DNA from: Candidatus Pacearchaeota archaeon
GTDB taxonomy: Archaea > Nanobdellota > Nanobdellia > Pacearchaeales > GW2011-AR1
DNA: 64,000 bases
Assembly (NCBI GenBank): GCA_023144035.1
Contig: JAGLGM010000001.1
Location: 1,091 to 65,090, forward strand
Direction: 5' to 3'
Each line of letters begins with the position of its first letter. Within the stretch, counting starts at the first letter, position 1. A model generated the notes under the pieces. It saw only the letters and a list, made by a program, of their open reading frames with translations, did not search any database and was not told where the DNA came from. Position numbers and translations under genes: made by a program. Shown in pieces: positions 41,901 through 49,064 of the stretch.

Positions 41901-42819
41901 TAGGAAAAAGGAAAAAGGAAAGTTCATCAAACGAATAAAAAAACCAATCAAATATTTGAATAACAAATTTAACCAAGTAGGTTTGTTTTTATTAAGAAAA
42001 GAGAAAACTCTTACTAAAGAAGAAAAATTATTATTTAAGAAAATAAAAAAACAAATAAAACAAAATCATAATCATGTTTTTAGATTATTAAAAAAGGAAT
42101 TTAAAAAAAATAATCCTAAAGAAATTCTACAAGAATTCGAAGAAAAGTTTATTAAAACAGGTAAGTTATCGAAAAAACATCTTAAAACTTTGATAGAAAT
42201 TATAAAAGCAGAAATAATTCTTAAAACAAAAAAATTACAAACAGAAATTAAAAAAGACAGTTTAAAAATTAATCACCAAATTAACAAAGTAACTAAAAAT
42301 TCAGCAGAATTGATTAATGATTTTCTTGAACAAGTTCACAAACCTAAATTAATTTCTGTTCAAAAAGAGAAAAAAAGATTAAAGAAATATAAAAAATATA
42401 TTACAAAATTATTTTTTATTAAAAAAACAAGAAAAAGAACAAAAGAAAAAAGAAGATTCTATTCTAAAAAAATTAAATTAATAAAACAATTCAGAAAAAA
42501 AGTTTTGAGAGATATTAAAAAAATTGGGAAAAATACCAATAAATTTCCTAGAAAAAGTAAAAAAAGATTAAAGAAATATAAAAAGTATCTTACAAAATTA
42601 TTTTTTATTAAAAAAGTAAGAAAAAAACAAAAGAGAAAACAAAAAAAACTAAAAAAATTCTTTGAGAAATTCGTTAAAAAAGAAAAGAAAGGACATAAAT
42701 TAATAATGAATTTTTTCAAAAAAGATTTAAATATTAAAAAAATGAAAAAGAAGAAATTAAATCTGCTTACATGGTTAAAGACATGGTTAAAAAAACAAGA
42801 AAAGAAAAAATTTGATTAA
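29911..42819 (+). CDS. giant surface protein (4302 aa): N-terminal signal anchor, cadherin-like VNDNPW repeats, many Ig/fibronectin-like repeats with dense N-x-S/T sequons, Thr/Pro linker, C-terminal TM anchor and ~440-aa poly-Lys/Arg cytoplasmic tail
   Basis: uninterrupted 12.9 kb ORF; VNDNPW/VNDQPW motifs at 31.2-32.0 kb; PGTPTTPITPTSTST linker ~40.7 kb; TM ~41.2 kb; K/R-rich 41.5-42.8 kb. Confidence 0.85.
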   Translation: MSYKGVIKFRRVKIKKDPLPKEKIIFSIFLGLFFFILMVSFFNNANLWNTGSVISENTGESKNTAIINFVIELTDAKHLDFNKNFISNIYEEVRELDNIWSKQISSEEYIRVTFEENLTSKKDITIYPRIISGDPRIEVYETNETQLIAEFTNLISNEYNKVFLTKLIGKQDTFDLLILGGSLIIDHIIDPEEILTPLLHANSQLNSVALDSAQITAITSDDASDITIGKAIILTVEMSELSGTIDTLTDANCSLVYSTATSYPADSITFEVYDSFGGNQVAISTLPASDGVDSLVHLLDLETTGLAASEVTTMVVYVTNTIAAKGYNLLVDQIYCTIDYTEAVPNTPPTLSGLPEVNDDEDFGTNNSVMDLWDYASDAEDADSVLTYGINSESETSIVDCDIYDSHYITCTSQANASGYSDVNVSVTDTGGLKDSDVFRFTVNTINDDPWSDSIANPASINEDSGLNDNIVSITTINTAFRDVEEDQSPTSCTIASETDTTAVDCEVDGSYNVDCTTQANQSGSNIVTLNCCDSGSSCTDMDTFTVTVDAVNDNPWNDGLSNPGNVNEDSGLADNIITKATLDNTFRDVEEDQSPTSYAIQSQTGSSIINCALDGSNNIDCTTQANQSGSNIVTVRLSDSGTLYTEMTFTITVDSINDQPWVDGLSDPTNLSYNSGLNQDVISSTEIDDNFRDVENDQNPSSVVILSQTHTEIVNCELDGHALDCTTQTNQHGISTVTLNYTDAEGLSITDSMDISITPDTTTPTIQVQSPTNNSYTVSTIYFNATASETIDTWIVNYNGTNITHTINTSLEVEDGNHNLLLYANDSANNFGLNDTIYFTVDTQEPSLSNEFSNETEISQNELFCLNITVTDSLNSIDTVYAEVWDTSSWANYSMSEDGTSCSGTSIDGIYGVEIIGSNVGLWNYSKVYANDSLNNLNSYDFSDLTINVTAPADSTYPQFANFQTYPSNNSEYSLNYNYQFNSTITFTNSTVYLSFNGENYSATNDTVDNFYVNTGSISAGTYDYFWWSYGNGSLKNYNQSNTKDYTIATNNSDCQVLFNETSSLEYGNSFRVYTDCDSTFTLYKNGTTIDNNSEQNLGADAYNFTVQRADATNYTNYYDEAQFIISQATPVMTYYLNSVQNNISLNYPGTINASAYTTVGTINIYRNGTSVTSENNLDINLVAGYYEYLFNVTGNANYSDVSNEYLYFELNQSTSDCQVLFNETSSLEYGNSFRVYTDCDSTFTLYKNGTTIENNSEQNLGADAYNFTVQRADATNYTNYYDEVQFIINQAIGEVATYIDNLRNNNSVLLNTERWLNATIINPNSGNIKLYYDDNLINQGNSPLSNLTNFTSEGVFNISAIYDGNENYTSDIETWWVTVSSDSAPTINIIYPENTFYNTDIIVLNYTVVDDIDLSHCWYSLNNGTTNSSFDSNCANVTGLTANQGSNTWFVYANDSIGQESLDFVTFTKDTIYPNFTSYEKNPATPNEDQDIQVNVTITESNIDKVILEWDSTNYTITTSNNNEYYFTINNGNYTAHDSVTYYWYANDTAGNINKSTQQSFTVANQIPSVSAPEVNNTTPYTNDLISCNSGTFSDDDAEDTEQARYFKWYDTDVEISGQTSQTLDLTTAGLDKGDVILCSIRVYDGYDNSSYQNSSNSATIQNSNPIISNLQTTVSWNANGSTYTYDYEVTDLDSDSFIWYDNTTLFNINSGTGVISDIPTENEAGTYLIEINVSDGTVNTTDIFSYTINDVGSPNIDFQPPTETNESQLTRDYIQVNITASDSIGIDTITIYLYNQTSLVNETTNPTSPYFVNFTNLPDEFYYFNATVNDTSGNTNQTETITVSTDTGAPTINSVAPTETSGIHKNQNYVEVNVTASDPNLDKIIIRLYNSAHTQIDSTTTSSSPNFANFTGLNNGLYYYNVTANDTFGNTDSLETKNITLDTTKPSVLYNPSTDADNSFVNRNWILINISANDTNLDSARMEFDSTNETFANNDENNYWENKTSLSNGDYSFYSWANDSAENYNFTTTRTVTVDTINPLIDFAIETSINNSNLSQNYIFVNATLTETNFQNITYKLYNSTSLVNETIYTTQTLNINWTLLPNEIYTYNITTSDKASNLNSTATRTITLDTVLPQLNIIYPQSNTYTVDITQLNYTYTETIPDKCWWSNNSGIWNSSLQTCGTNWTGLTSNEGSNTWTIYMNDSAGNENSTSVIFTKDTAYPAVTINSPLNQTYDTTTILFNVTATDGGGISACEYSLSDGLDNNSMSQSGNFWTATNSSMIQGSHTVNFYCNDSSGNLNDTKQETFFIDSIYPLISFTTGTENNDTSLVRNWIFANVTVTENNFENITYILYNSTEEVNTTTYTTEIKEINWTGLSDEVYTYNVTICDLVNKCNTTETRTIRLDTSNPEIYYNPNTDSNNSFVNKNWVFINITASDLTKDSVRLEWGGTNETFSNSDGDLYWENKTGLSETVYNFYAWINDSSGNLNSTATRTVTIDLTKPSITNLVESPTDPTSWTSSSTYQFNATITDTNLDTVLIEFDNVNYTPTKTGDVYNLTLNNLVAGNYNYYWYANDSAGNVNQTSDSYTINKNTENCQILFNESSPQTYPATFLVYTDCNSDFTLTKNGTTISNNTEQILSASAYNFSVQRTDTVNYSNTIDESQFIVNQATGNITLLINDSALNQSGPYGTQTNVSATTSYGSVTLYRNETEITSENNVYVTLAANYYNYTAYSSGDQNHSSASITKFVTITKTNSEINLTLNETRGNITIVQDSEIYLNTTTISGDSSATLKMYDSGTLINQGNSPIINLTTFSSVGEFNITGIYVESENFTGYSETWWVNVTETPDTENPSVASLTKTPSSPTTYSLSQIYEFNATITDNRNIHTVLIEFDGTNYTPTNLVGNIYNFTINNLSVGNYNYRWYANDTSGNMNSTENSSYIINQATPSLSLNANPSWSETYLTQTTVTGSECPAQLTSECKLYRNDTGIVDNPNIVTLGVGIYNYTYNTTGNTNYTSYSNSSNLIISQNTGSCSIVFNESSSITYPSTFKVWTNCTSDFILYRNQTTIDNNSEQNLGAGAYNFTVMRTDATNYTNYYDEQIFQINKATGEVATYIDNQQSNKSLEQYTEIYLNATLETGTGNIKLYNNETLINQGSSPLNNLTNFTIIGLYNITTIYDGNENYTSDIETWWVNVTEADVTPPQISIIYPQNISYSEIQTQLNYTASDNFGLNLCWYSVDNGQTNTTKNCNENITGLNSGQGSSTWNVYANDSKNNLNFSSVTFFVDSILPTIQFESPTETSGNSLGKNYLQVNVTASDDNLNTITFYLYNSTSLVNETSYLSFPYFINYTGLSAETYYFNATANDTLGNNISTETRNISLVLPELTIYKPNNETYISSKDIPLRYSAEYEDYVWYNINQTENITITGNTTFNTTQGQHTLYLYANNTLGETVKNVSFSVDIAKFVVFYNEFKDEGSSTDFNQSSYEDIQNLSDIVLENADYGKIEFNEIINLTDDTNISDNEADLDTYINISSNLIEIDSTVLPNFNKSATLYLYNLTFITPRILKDGVICPSTICTQQSYSGGTLIFNVTGFTTYSAEEIPGTPTTPITPTSTSTGGGWSIECIKDSDCEEEDQVCLNSKCVKLFDIKITNFESPVKLGEFFEFTYLLKGMANISGDVQVLFWIEKEGESVTSGSDVIYVGNFEEKIETTKIFLPSTVASGTYQFFVKLNYEGYTVQSHRTIEIEVEGEIAKITSIEEINFLKKYVISFLIGLAILILGLIFYIERKKIKEKFLQEEKCIKKHKTSILVFCLFLVIGILAYYLKLFDLAAKTILKLIKSPYLFYILGAIILLIILKRLITIAKKREFVNKFKKWKNKRRIKKRLKKKYKSEVKKIKKHLKTVTKIRAERKQEARRKHRKEYIKALIRFRIRKKKKATSKKRKKKIKKSHKLKREKFKAKLKKKIQKFFFKLSKLKILKKHKEKIKEKRKINKPRKKEKGKFIKRIKKPIKYLNNKFNQVGLFLLRKEKTLTKEEKLLFKKIKKQIKQNHNHVFRLLKKEFKKNNPKEILQEFEEKFIKTGKLSKKHLKTLIEIIKAEIILKTKKLQTEIKKDSLKINHQINKVTKNSAELINDFLEQVHKPKLISVQKEKKRLKKYKKYITKLFFIKKTRKRTKEKRRFYSKKIKLIKQFRKKVLRDIKKIGKNTNKFPRKSKKRLKKYKKYLTKLFFIKKVRKKQKRKQKKLKKFFEKFVKKEKKGHKLIMNFFKKDLNIKKMKKKKLNLLTWLKTWLKKQEKKKFD
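33070..33766. repeat. recent internal duplication in giant gene (208 bp x2, ~5 mismatches, period 489 bp)
   Basis: 33070..33277 vs 33559..33766 near-identical; more divergent copies near 37.7 and 39.0 kb. Confidence 0.85.
41500..42819. repeat. low-complexity Lys/Arg-rich coding region with internal repeats (KKRLKKYKKYxTKLFFIKK x2)
   Basis: 42370..42430 vs 42565..42625 similar; AAA/AAG-dominated. Confidence 0.7.
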
Positions 42820-42834
42820 TAAATATCTTTAAAA

Positions 42835-43215
42835 TTATCTCTCTATAAATTGTGCCCCTTTAGCAGATAATGAATATTGTGTATGTCCTTCAAGTGTATT
42901 TAAAAATCCTTTGTGGACACAAACACCCACTCCAATTGCAATACTGTCTAGTTCGCTATACACCTTTGAATCATATGGATTTAAAATCTTTGATTCATCA
43001 CTTTCTATAGCTTCAATATAAGGTTCAATCTCTAATTTTCTCATTCCTTTCCAAATTTCAGAAATTCTTCTATTAAGAAAACCACCTTCTGTTTCTTTCC
43101 AATATAATAAAACACGGGCAGCTTTTTTTGCAGAAATCTCTTTAACAAAAATATTGTCTTGAAGACCTGATTGAAAATGTTTTGTTAAATCATTTCTTTT
43201 CTCTGCTAAATCCAT
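42835..43215 (-). CDS. hypothetical protein
   Basis: 126-aa ORF. Confidence 0.4.
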   Translation of the reverse strand: MDLAEKRNDLTKHFQSGLQDNIFVKEISAKKAARVLLYWKETEGGFLNRRISEIWKGMRKLEIEPYIEAIESDESKILNPYDSKVYSELDSIAIGVGVCVHKGFLNTLEGHTQYSLSAKGAQFIER

Positions 43216-43292
43216 AAAGAAGAATAAAAAAGACTATTAATAAAGATTATTGCAATCAAAAACATTATAAAGCGCATCAAGTATTTATTCTC

Positions 43293-44480
43293 ATGACAAA
43301 CAAATTACCAGAACTTAATGTAGGTGTTGTTGGACATATTGACCATGGAAAAACAACTTTACTTAGCCAACTTACTGGAAAGTTTACAGACACTCATTCT
43401 GAAGAATTAAAGAGAGGAATTACAATAAAATTAGGTTATGCAGATATGACTATTTACAAAGATGGAAATAATTATAATATAAATAAAAAAGGAACTGCTC
43501 AAAGATATGTTAGTTTTATAGATGCACCAGGTCATGAAATGCTTATGGCAACTATGCTTTCTGGAGCTGCAACAATGGATGCAGCAATTTTAGTAATAGC
43601 TGCAAATGAAGGAATTAAACCTCAAACACAAGAACATTTTATGGCTTTACAAGCAAAAAAAATAAAAAATATAATAGTAGTTCAAAACAAAATTGATTTA
43701 GTAACTAAAGAACAAGCTTTAGAAAACTATAAATTAATTAAAGAATTTCTTAAAGGAAGTTTATCTGAAGATGCTCCAATAATTCCTATTTCAGCTCAAC
43801 AAGGAATAAACATTGATAAAATATTAGAAGAACTTTGCAAATTAGAGATTCCAAAAAGAGATGACACAACTGAACCAATTTTTTTAGTAGCCAGAAGTTT
43901 TGATATTAATAAGCCAGGATCTTTAATTTTAAATTTAAAGGGAGGAGTTTTAGGTGGAATTCTTAAAAAAGGTAAATTAAAAGTAGGAGATGAAATTGAA
44001 ATAAAACCTGGATTAAATATTAAAAAAGCAAATCAACAAACTTATGAAACTTTAACAACAAAAATATTATCTTTACACAAAGGAAAAGATTCTGTAAAAG
44101 AAGTTTCACCTGGAGTAAGTATTTCAATTGAAACAGAACTTGATCCTTTTTTAACAAAAACAGATTCATTAACAGGCTGTCTTGTATCTATAAAAGGAAA
44201 ACTTCCAGAAATAAGTCATAGTATAAAATTAAAAACAAATTTATTTGATAAAGTTTTAGGAACAGCAGAACATCAAGAAGTTGAACCATTAAAAACAAAA
44301 GAAATGTTAATGTTAAGTGTAAATACAACAATTACTGTTGGAACAATTGAAAAAGTGAGTGAAAAAGAATTAGAATTGTCTTTGAATATTCCAATTGTTG
44401 CATTAAAAGGAGACAATGTTGGTATTGCAAGAAACATTGATGGGCACTGGAGATTAATCGGCTTTGGAGAAATAATTTAA
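43293..44480 (+). CDS. eif2g: translation initiation factor aIF2 gamma subunit
   Basis: VGVVGHIDHGKTTL, HSEELKRGITIKLGYA, DAPGHE, NKID; three-domain EF-Tu-like 395 aa; no zinc knuckle. Confidence 0.85.
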   Translation: MTNKLPELNVGVVGHIDHGKTTLLSQLTGKFTDTHSEELKRGITIKLGYADMTIYKDGNNYNINKKGTAQRYVSFIDAPGHEMLMATMLSGAATMDAAILVIAANEGIKPQTQEHFMALQAKKIKNIIVVQNKIDLVTKEQALENYKLIKEFLKGSLSEDAPIIPISAQQGINIDKILEELCKLEIPKRDDTTEPIFLVARSFDINKPGSLILNLKGGVLGGILKKGKLKVGDEIEIKPGLNIKKANQQTYETLTTKILSLHKGKDSVKEVSPGVSISIETELDPFLTKTDSLTGCLVSIKGKLPEISHSIKLKTNLFDKVLGTAEHQEVEPLKTKEMLMLSVNTTITVGTIEKVSEKELELSLNIPIVALKGDNVGIARNIDGHWRLIGFGEII

Positions 44481-44591
44481 CAGTGACAATTTTGTAAATT
44501 AATAACAGCTTTTAAGTTATCGAATTGAGATAATTTAATAACAACAAATATCTAAAGTAATCTTTATAAACATCTTATCCTTAAATAAAAT

Positions 44592-46040
44592 ATGAAAAAT
44601 ATTTGGATGTTTTTATTCTTAGCACTATTTTTAGTTAGCATGGCTGGATTAACTTTAGCAGAAGAAAATTGTACAGATACTGATGGAGGAATTGATTATT
44701 ATACAAAAGGAGTAATTAATACTAATATAGGACAATATGCTGGAATGAATTTAGAGGATTCTTGTAATGCAAATGAGGTTTGGGTTCATGAAAAGTATTG
44801 CAATGAAGATGGAACTGTTGGTTTTGAAGATTATGCCTGTGCTAATGAAGATAAAGTTTGTAAAGATGGCGCTTGCGTTGAAGTGGAAAGCAATCTTGGT
44901 TGCCGGGGACTTCGGTGCGATCTTTTTCTTTATCAGGAAGTAAATTTAGATATTTGTGAGGAAGAATTCATTTTTAAGTTGAGGGGCGTGAGTGAATCAG
45001 ACGATGGAGAAATTTATGAGGTCTTTTTTGATTTTGGAGGGGTCGAAGAAATTAAATCTCAAGAACTTAGAGAAGGAGATGAATTTGAATATAATGATTT
45101 AGAAAATGGAGAAGTTGTTTTTAAAGTAAAAGCCTTGAGAGAAGGATTTATTCCTTATGAAGATTATTTTGCATTTGAATATATTGAAAAATGTTTCCAA
45201 GAGCCCTATTGTATAGATAATGATGGAGGCATAAATTATTATGAGATGGGACAAATTGATACTAATATGGAACAATATGCTGGAATGAATTTAAAGGATT
45301 CTTGTAATGCAGATGGTGTTTGGTTGCATGAAAAGTATTGTAATGAAGATGGAACTGTTGGGTTCAAAGATCATGCTTGTGCCAATGAAGGTAAAATTTG
45401 TATAGATGGTGCTTGTGTAAATGAAACAGAAGAAAATGATTCTGACGATAATGATGTAAATGAAAATGGAACAAGAAAAGTTAAATTAAATATAAAAAAT
45501 AGATTAAGAATTAATCAATCAGAAATTCCTGAAGGATGCACTGCATCTGGTTCTACATTAAAATGTAATGTTGATGGAGGAAGAGTAATGGCTGTTTTTG
45601 CTGGAAACTCTGGAAACACAATATTTCAAGTAAAAGGAATTAATGCTTCAACAAAAGTTGAATTATACAAAGAAAATGATTCTTTTTACGGGGTTTTAGA
45701 AAATAATGAAACATTTTTAATTAATTATTTTCCAGATGAAATTAAAGAAATAGTAAGAAACAGAATTAATGTAAGTGATAATGAGGATGAAACAATTGAA
45801 TTAGATGAAAAAGGAATATACCAAGTTCAAACTAAGAAAAGAGCAAGATTATTTTATTTAGTTCCTGTAAAAGAAAAAATAAAAACTCAAGTCGACCCTG
45901 AAACAGGAGAAATAATCAAAACAAGAAATCCTTGGTGGGGATTCTTAGCTAAAGATATCATAGATGTAGATGATAACACAGATGATGATTCTGACAATGA
46001 AGAAGATAATGAGACAGAAGAAGGTAACGAATCAATTTAA
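44592..46040 (+). CDS. secreted Cys-rich protein with duplicated 6-Cys module and acidic C-terminal tail
   Basis: signal peptide; module CTDTDGGIDYY...CNEDGTVGFEDYACANEDKVCKDGACV repeated at ~45.2 kb (~85% nt identity). Confidence 0.55.
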   Translation: MKNIWMFLFLALFLVSMAGLTLAEENCTDTDGGIDYYTKGVINTNIGQYAGMNLEDSCNANEVWVHEKYCNEDGTVGFEDYACANEDKVCKDGACVEVESNLGCRGLRCDLFLYQEVNLDICEEEFIFKLRGVSESDDGEIYEVFFDFGGVEEIKSQELREGDEFEYNDLENGEVVFKVKALREGFIPYEDYFAFEYIEKCFQEPYCIDNDGGINYYEMGQIDTNMEQYAGMNLKDSCNADGVWLHEKYCNEDGTVGFKDHACANEGKICIDGACVNETEENDSDDNDVNENGTRKVKLNIKNRLRINQSEIPEGCTASGSTLKCNVDGGRVMAVFAGNSGNTIFQVKGINASTKVELYKENDSFYGVLENNETFLINYFPDEIKEIVRNRINVSDNEDETIELDEKGIYQVQTKKRARLFYLVPVKEKIKTQVDPETGEIIKTRNPWWGFLAKDIIDVDDNTDDDSDNEEDNETEEGNESI

Positions 46041-46088
46041 TATTTCTAAAACAATAAACCTTATATATTATTAAATTACGTAGTATTA

Positions 46089-46394
46089 ATGGTATTAAGA
46101 GCATATATTAATTTAAAATATCATCATGATAAGATACAAATTGATTATTGGATGTCAATAGACCATAGAAATAATTTCAAGACAGCTGGAATTTTTTCTT
46201 CATGTAAAGGTCTTAGAGAAGCAAAAAATAGACTTTTAAGTATTCTTGAAAAAAGCCATGAAAAAGAAATTAAAATAAGTAGAAATATAAAAATATATTC
46301 AAAATTAAAAGCATATTCTCAAATAAAATTAGAGGATTTTAAAAAACTTAAAGAGTTTTTAATTAAAAGTAGACCAGATATAAAATTTAAATAA
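46089..46394 (+). CDS. hypothetical protein
   Basis: 101-aa ORF. Confidence 0.35.
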   Translation: MVLRAYINLKYHHDKIQIDYWMSIDHRNNFKTAGIFSSCKGLREAKNRLLSILEKSHEKEIKISRNIKIYSKLKAYSQIKLEDFKKLKEFLIKSRPDIKFK

Positions 46395-46455
46395 TTAATT
46401 TAATACTTTTAAGAACATAATATTTATAACCTCTATTTCTTTTTTTAATCTTACA

Positions 46456-47253
46456 ATGGCTGTATATTCACATTCTAGACTAAATATGTTTGAACAATGC
46501 CCTCTTAGATATAAATACAGATATATTGATAAAAAGAAACCAGATATTGAAAAAACAATTGAAGCTCATTTAGGAAGTATAGTTCATGATGTTCTAGAAT
46601 TAATTTATATTGAAGCAAAAAATAATAAAGTTTTAACAATAGATGAAATAATAAATTATTACTCAGAAAATTGGCAAAAAGATTATTCTGAAGATATTTT
46701 AGTTGTAAAAGACAACAAAACAGTTAAAGATTATTTTAACTTAGGTGTTGAATTTTTAGTGAGTTATTACAACACCCACCAACCGTTTAAAGACGGAACA
46801 ATGGAATGTGAAAAAAGGATTTGGATAAATCTTGATGAAGCAGGAAAATATAAATTAATGGGATTTATTGATAGATTAGTTTATAATTTTGAAACAAAAG
46901 AATATGAAGTTCATGATTATAAAACAGCAAACAGTCTTCCTACTCAAGAAAAAATAGATAATGATAAACAATTAGCTCTTTATTCAATTGCAATCAAAAA
47001 TTTATTTGGACATGATAAAGAAGTTGTTTTAATTTGGCATTATTTGGCTCATAATAAAAAAATAGAATCTCGAAGAACAAACGAACAACTTCAACAACTT
47101 AAAGAAGAAACTTTAAAATTAATAGATGAAATAGAAGCAACAAAAACTTTCCCACATAATAAATCTCCTCTTTGTGGTTGGTGCCAATTTAAACCTAGTT
47201 GTGAAGCTTGGAAATCAGAAATCCAAAGACCTTTAGATATTTATGGTGATTAA
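46456..47253 (+). CDS. Cas4-like PD-(D/E)xK nuclease with 4-Cys cluster (solo, no CRISPR context)
   Basis: N-terminal SRLNMFEQCPLRYKYRY, GFIDRL, EVHDYKT (D/ExK), QLALYSIA (QxxxY), C-terminal CGWCQFKPSC. Confidence 0.65.
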   Translation: MAVYSHSRLNMFEQCPLRYKYRYIDKKKPDIEKTIEAHLGSIVHDVLELIYIEAKNNKVLTIDEIINYYSENWQKDYSEDILVVKDNKTVKDYFNLGVEFLVSYYNTHQPFKDGTMECEKRIWINLDEAGKYKLMGFIDRLVYNFETKEYEVHDYKTANSLPTQEKIDNDKQLALYSIAIKNLFGHDKEVVLIWHYLAHNKKIESRRTNEQLQQLKEETLKLIDEIEATKTFPHNKSPLCGWCQFKPSCEAWKSEIQRPLDIYGD

Positions 47254-47301
47254 TAAAAGAAATATTTAAATACTATAGCCACTATAGTTGTTATAGGTAA
47301 A

Positions 47302-47511
47302 ATGGAAACATCAACAATTCAGTTAAGCAAAGAAACAAAAAAGAAAATCTCATCTTTTGGAGCAAAAGGAGAAAGTTATGAAGATATACTTTTGAGATTA
47401 TATAAAAGTGCTGTTGAAAGACAACTCCATGATTTTTTATATAAAGAAGATGATAATTTTATTTCTATAGAAAAAGCACTTAATAAGGCCAAGAAAAAAT
47501 GGCAAAAGTAG
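47302..47511 (+). CDS. VapB-like (PF02697-type) antitoxin, ESYEDIL motif
   Basis: TIQLSKETKKKISSFGAKGESYEDILLRLYK; overlaps downstream gene. Confidence 0.45.
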   Translation: METSTIQLSKETKKKISSFGAKGESYEDILLRLYKSAVERQLHDFLYKEDDNFISIEKALNKAKKKWQK

Positions 47512-47846
47512 AAATTACAAAAAGTCTCGAGAAAAAAATAAACAAAAAATTTAAAGCTGAATCTATAAAAGTATTTGAGTTGCTTTATTCTTTAAAAGAA
47601 AATCCAAAAAAAGGAAAATTATTAGGAAATATCGGAGAAATTGTTCTGAAAGAAATTAAGTATAAATCATTTAGATTTTATTTTATAACAAATGGATATA
47701 AATTAAGGATTTTTAAAATAGAAGAACTAACAGACTTATTAATAAGATTTGTGAGAATGTCTAATAAAAAAGAACAACAAAAAGTTATAAATGAAATAAA
47801 AAATGTTTTGAGGAAAATTGAAAAAGAAAAACCTTTAGACCTTTGA
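47499..47846 (+). CDS. putative toxin partner (RelE-like beta-strand pattern, uncertain)
   Basis: 115 aa; KYKSFRFYFITNGYKLRIFKI; no PIN acidic residues. Confidence 0.35.
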   Translation: MAKVEITKSLEKKINKKFKAESIKVFELLYSLKENPKKGKLLGNIGEIVLKEIKYKSFRFYFITNGYKLRIFKIEELTDLLIRFVRMSNKKEQQKVINEIKNVLRKIEKEKPLDL

Positions 47847-47880
47847 GATAATTAATTTTTATTTTCTAAAGCACGTTTTT

Positions 47881-48318
47881 TCAACATTGCAAATTCTGTA
47901 TCCTTTTTTCACTAATTGGAGATCCATTGTAATTCGGCTTTTCTTCACATGTTGGACAATAAGGAACTTGTTCATATTCACACTTACCTGAACCAGACAT
48001 AGGAAAAGGCCCATCATGTATTGGGTGAGCAACTTCTATAGCTAAAATTTCTGAATCACAATCTAAACAAACAAAATCTTCTCCATTATTCATATAAATT
48101 ATATTTGAACCAATTTTTTTATTATATTCAATTCCGTCTTTAATTGCAACTTCAGGTTTAAAAGTACTCCAAGAAGGAACTTCAAAAATCTTAAATTCTA
48201 AATTAAGTTTCTTAACTTTATCTGATAATTCTTTCTCTGACATATAAATTTCATTCAAAATCAGTTTATAAAAATTATGAAACAATAAAAGATATATTAA
48301 TATAATATTATACAACAA
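47881..48318 (-). CDS. Cys-rich zinc-ribbon hypothetical protein
   Basis: CLDCD...CEYEQVPYCPTCE. Confidence 0.4.
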   Translation of the reverse strand: MLYNIILIYLLLFHNFYKLILNEIYMSEKELSDKVKKLNLEFKIFEVPSWSTFKPEVAIKDGIEYNKKIGSNIIYMNNGEDFVCLDCDSEILAIEVAHPIHDGPFPMSGSGKCEYEQVPYCPTCEEKPNYNGSPISEKRIQNLQC

Positions 48319-48374
48319 TAATCCTTAAAAAGTTAAATTTATATAACAAATATTATTAATGTAAATATAAAAAA

Positions 48375-49064
48375 ATGTGTTTCACTCCAATAGTTTCTAT
48401 TTCAATAGCAATAGTTGAATTTACATTAGCAAGCATTCTTTTACTCTTTTTCCCAAAATCTGAATTTAGGAATTTTTTTGCTATCTTTATTTATTTGCTT
48501 GGTCTTTATCAGTTTACTGAATTTATGCTTTGTTCTGGAAATGCTATTTTTTGGGCCATGGCTGGTTTTGTGACATATAGTTTTTTACCTGCAATTTCTT
48601 TACACGCTGTTTTAAGAATTTTTAAAAAAAAGTTTAATATTATTTGGGTTTATCTTATTCCTTCTTTTGCAAGCTTCTTTGCAATTATAACCCCTGGATT
48701 TATTATTAAAGCAAGTTGTGAAAAATATTTCATTAGTGTTGAAACAATTATGACTTCTTCACCATCTTTATTGTTATTAATATCATTTATGATTTATATT
48801 GCATATTATTTTGGTTTCTTATTTTTTGTTTATTTTATTATTCTTAAAGATTATTCAAAACAAAAAAATAAAATTAAAAGAGAAATTGAATTAATAGAAA
48901 TGATAAGTATTTTACTTATGGTAATTCCAACATTAGTTTTACTTATTATTTTCCCTGTATTTGGAATAATGTTTCCCTCTGTTTTATGTGCATTTGGAAT
49001 CTTTGTTGCTATTTCTGCATTTATAGGGGTTTATTTAAAAAATAAACTAAAAAAGAAAAAATAA
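48375..49064 (+). CDS. polytopic membrane protein
   Basis: 229 aa, ~7 TM. Confidence 0.5.
   Translation: MCFTPIVSISIAIVEFTLASILLLFFPKSEFRNFFAIFIYLLGLYQFTEFMLCSGNAIFWAMAGFVTYSFLPAISLHAVLRIFKKKFNIIWVYLIPSFASFFAIITPGFIIKASCEKYFISVETIMTSSPSLLLLISFMIYIAYYFGFLFFVYFIILKDYSKQKNKIKREIELIEMISILLMVIPTLVLLIIFPVFGIMFPSVLCAFGIFVAISAFIGVYLKNKLKKKK

Noticed and set aside
42459-42719. Minus-strand ORFs inside the giant gene tail (and others at 31167, 31473, 35150, 35676, 36368, 37155, 38645, 41451).
   Set aside because: All lie antisense within the uninterrupted 12.9 kb ORF. They are compositional artefacts.
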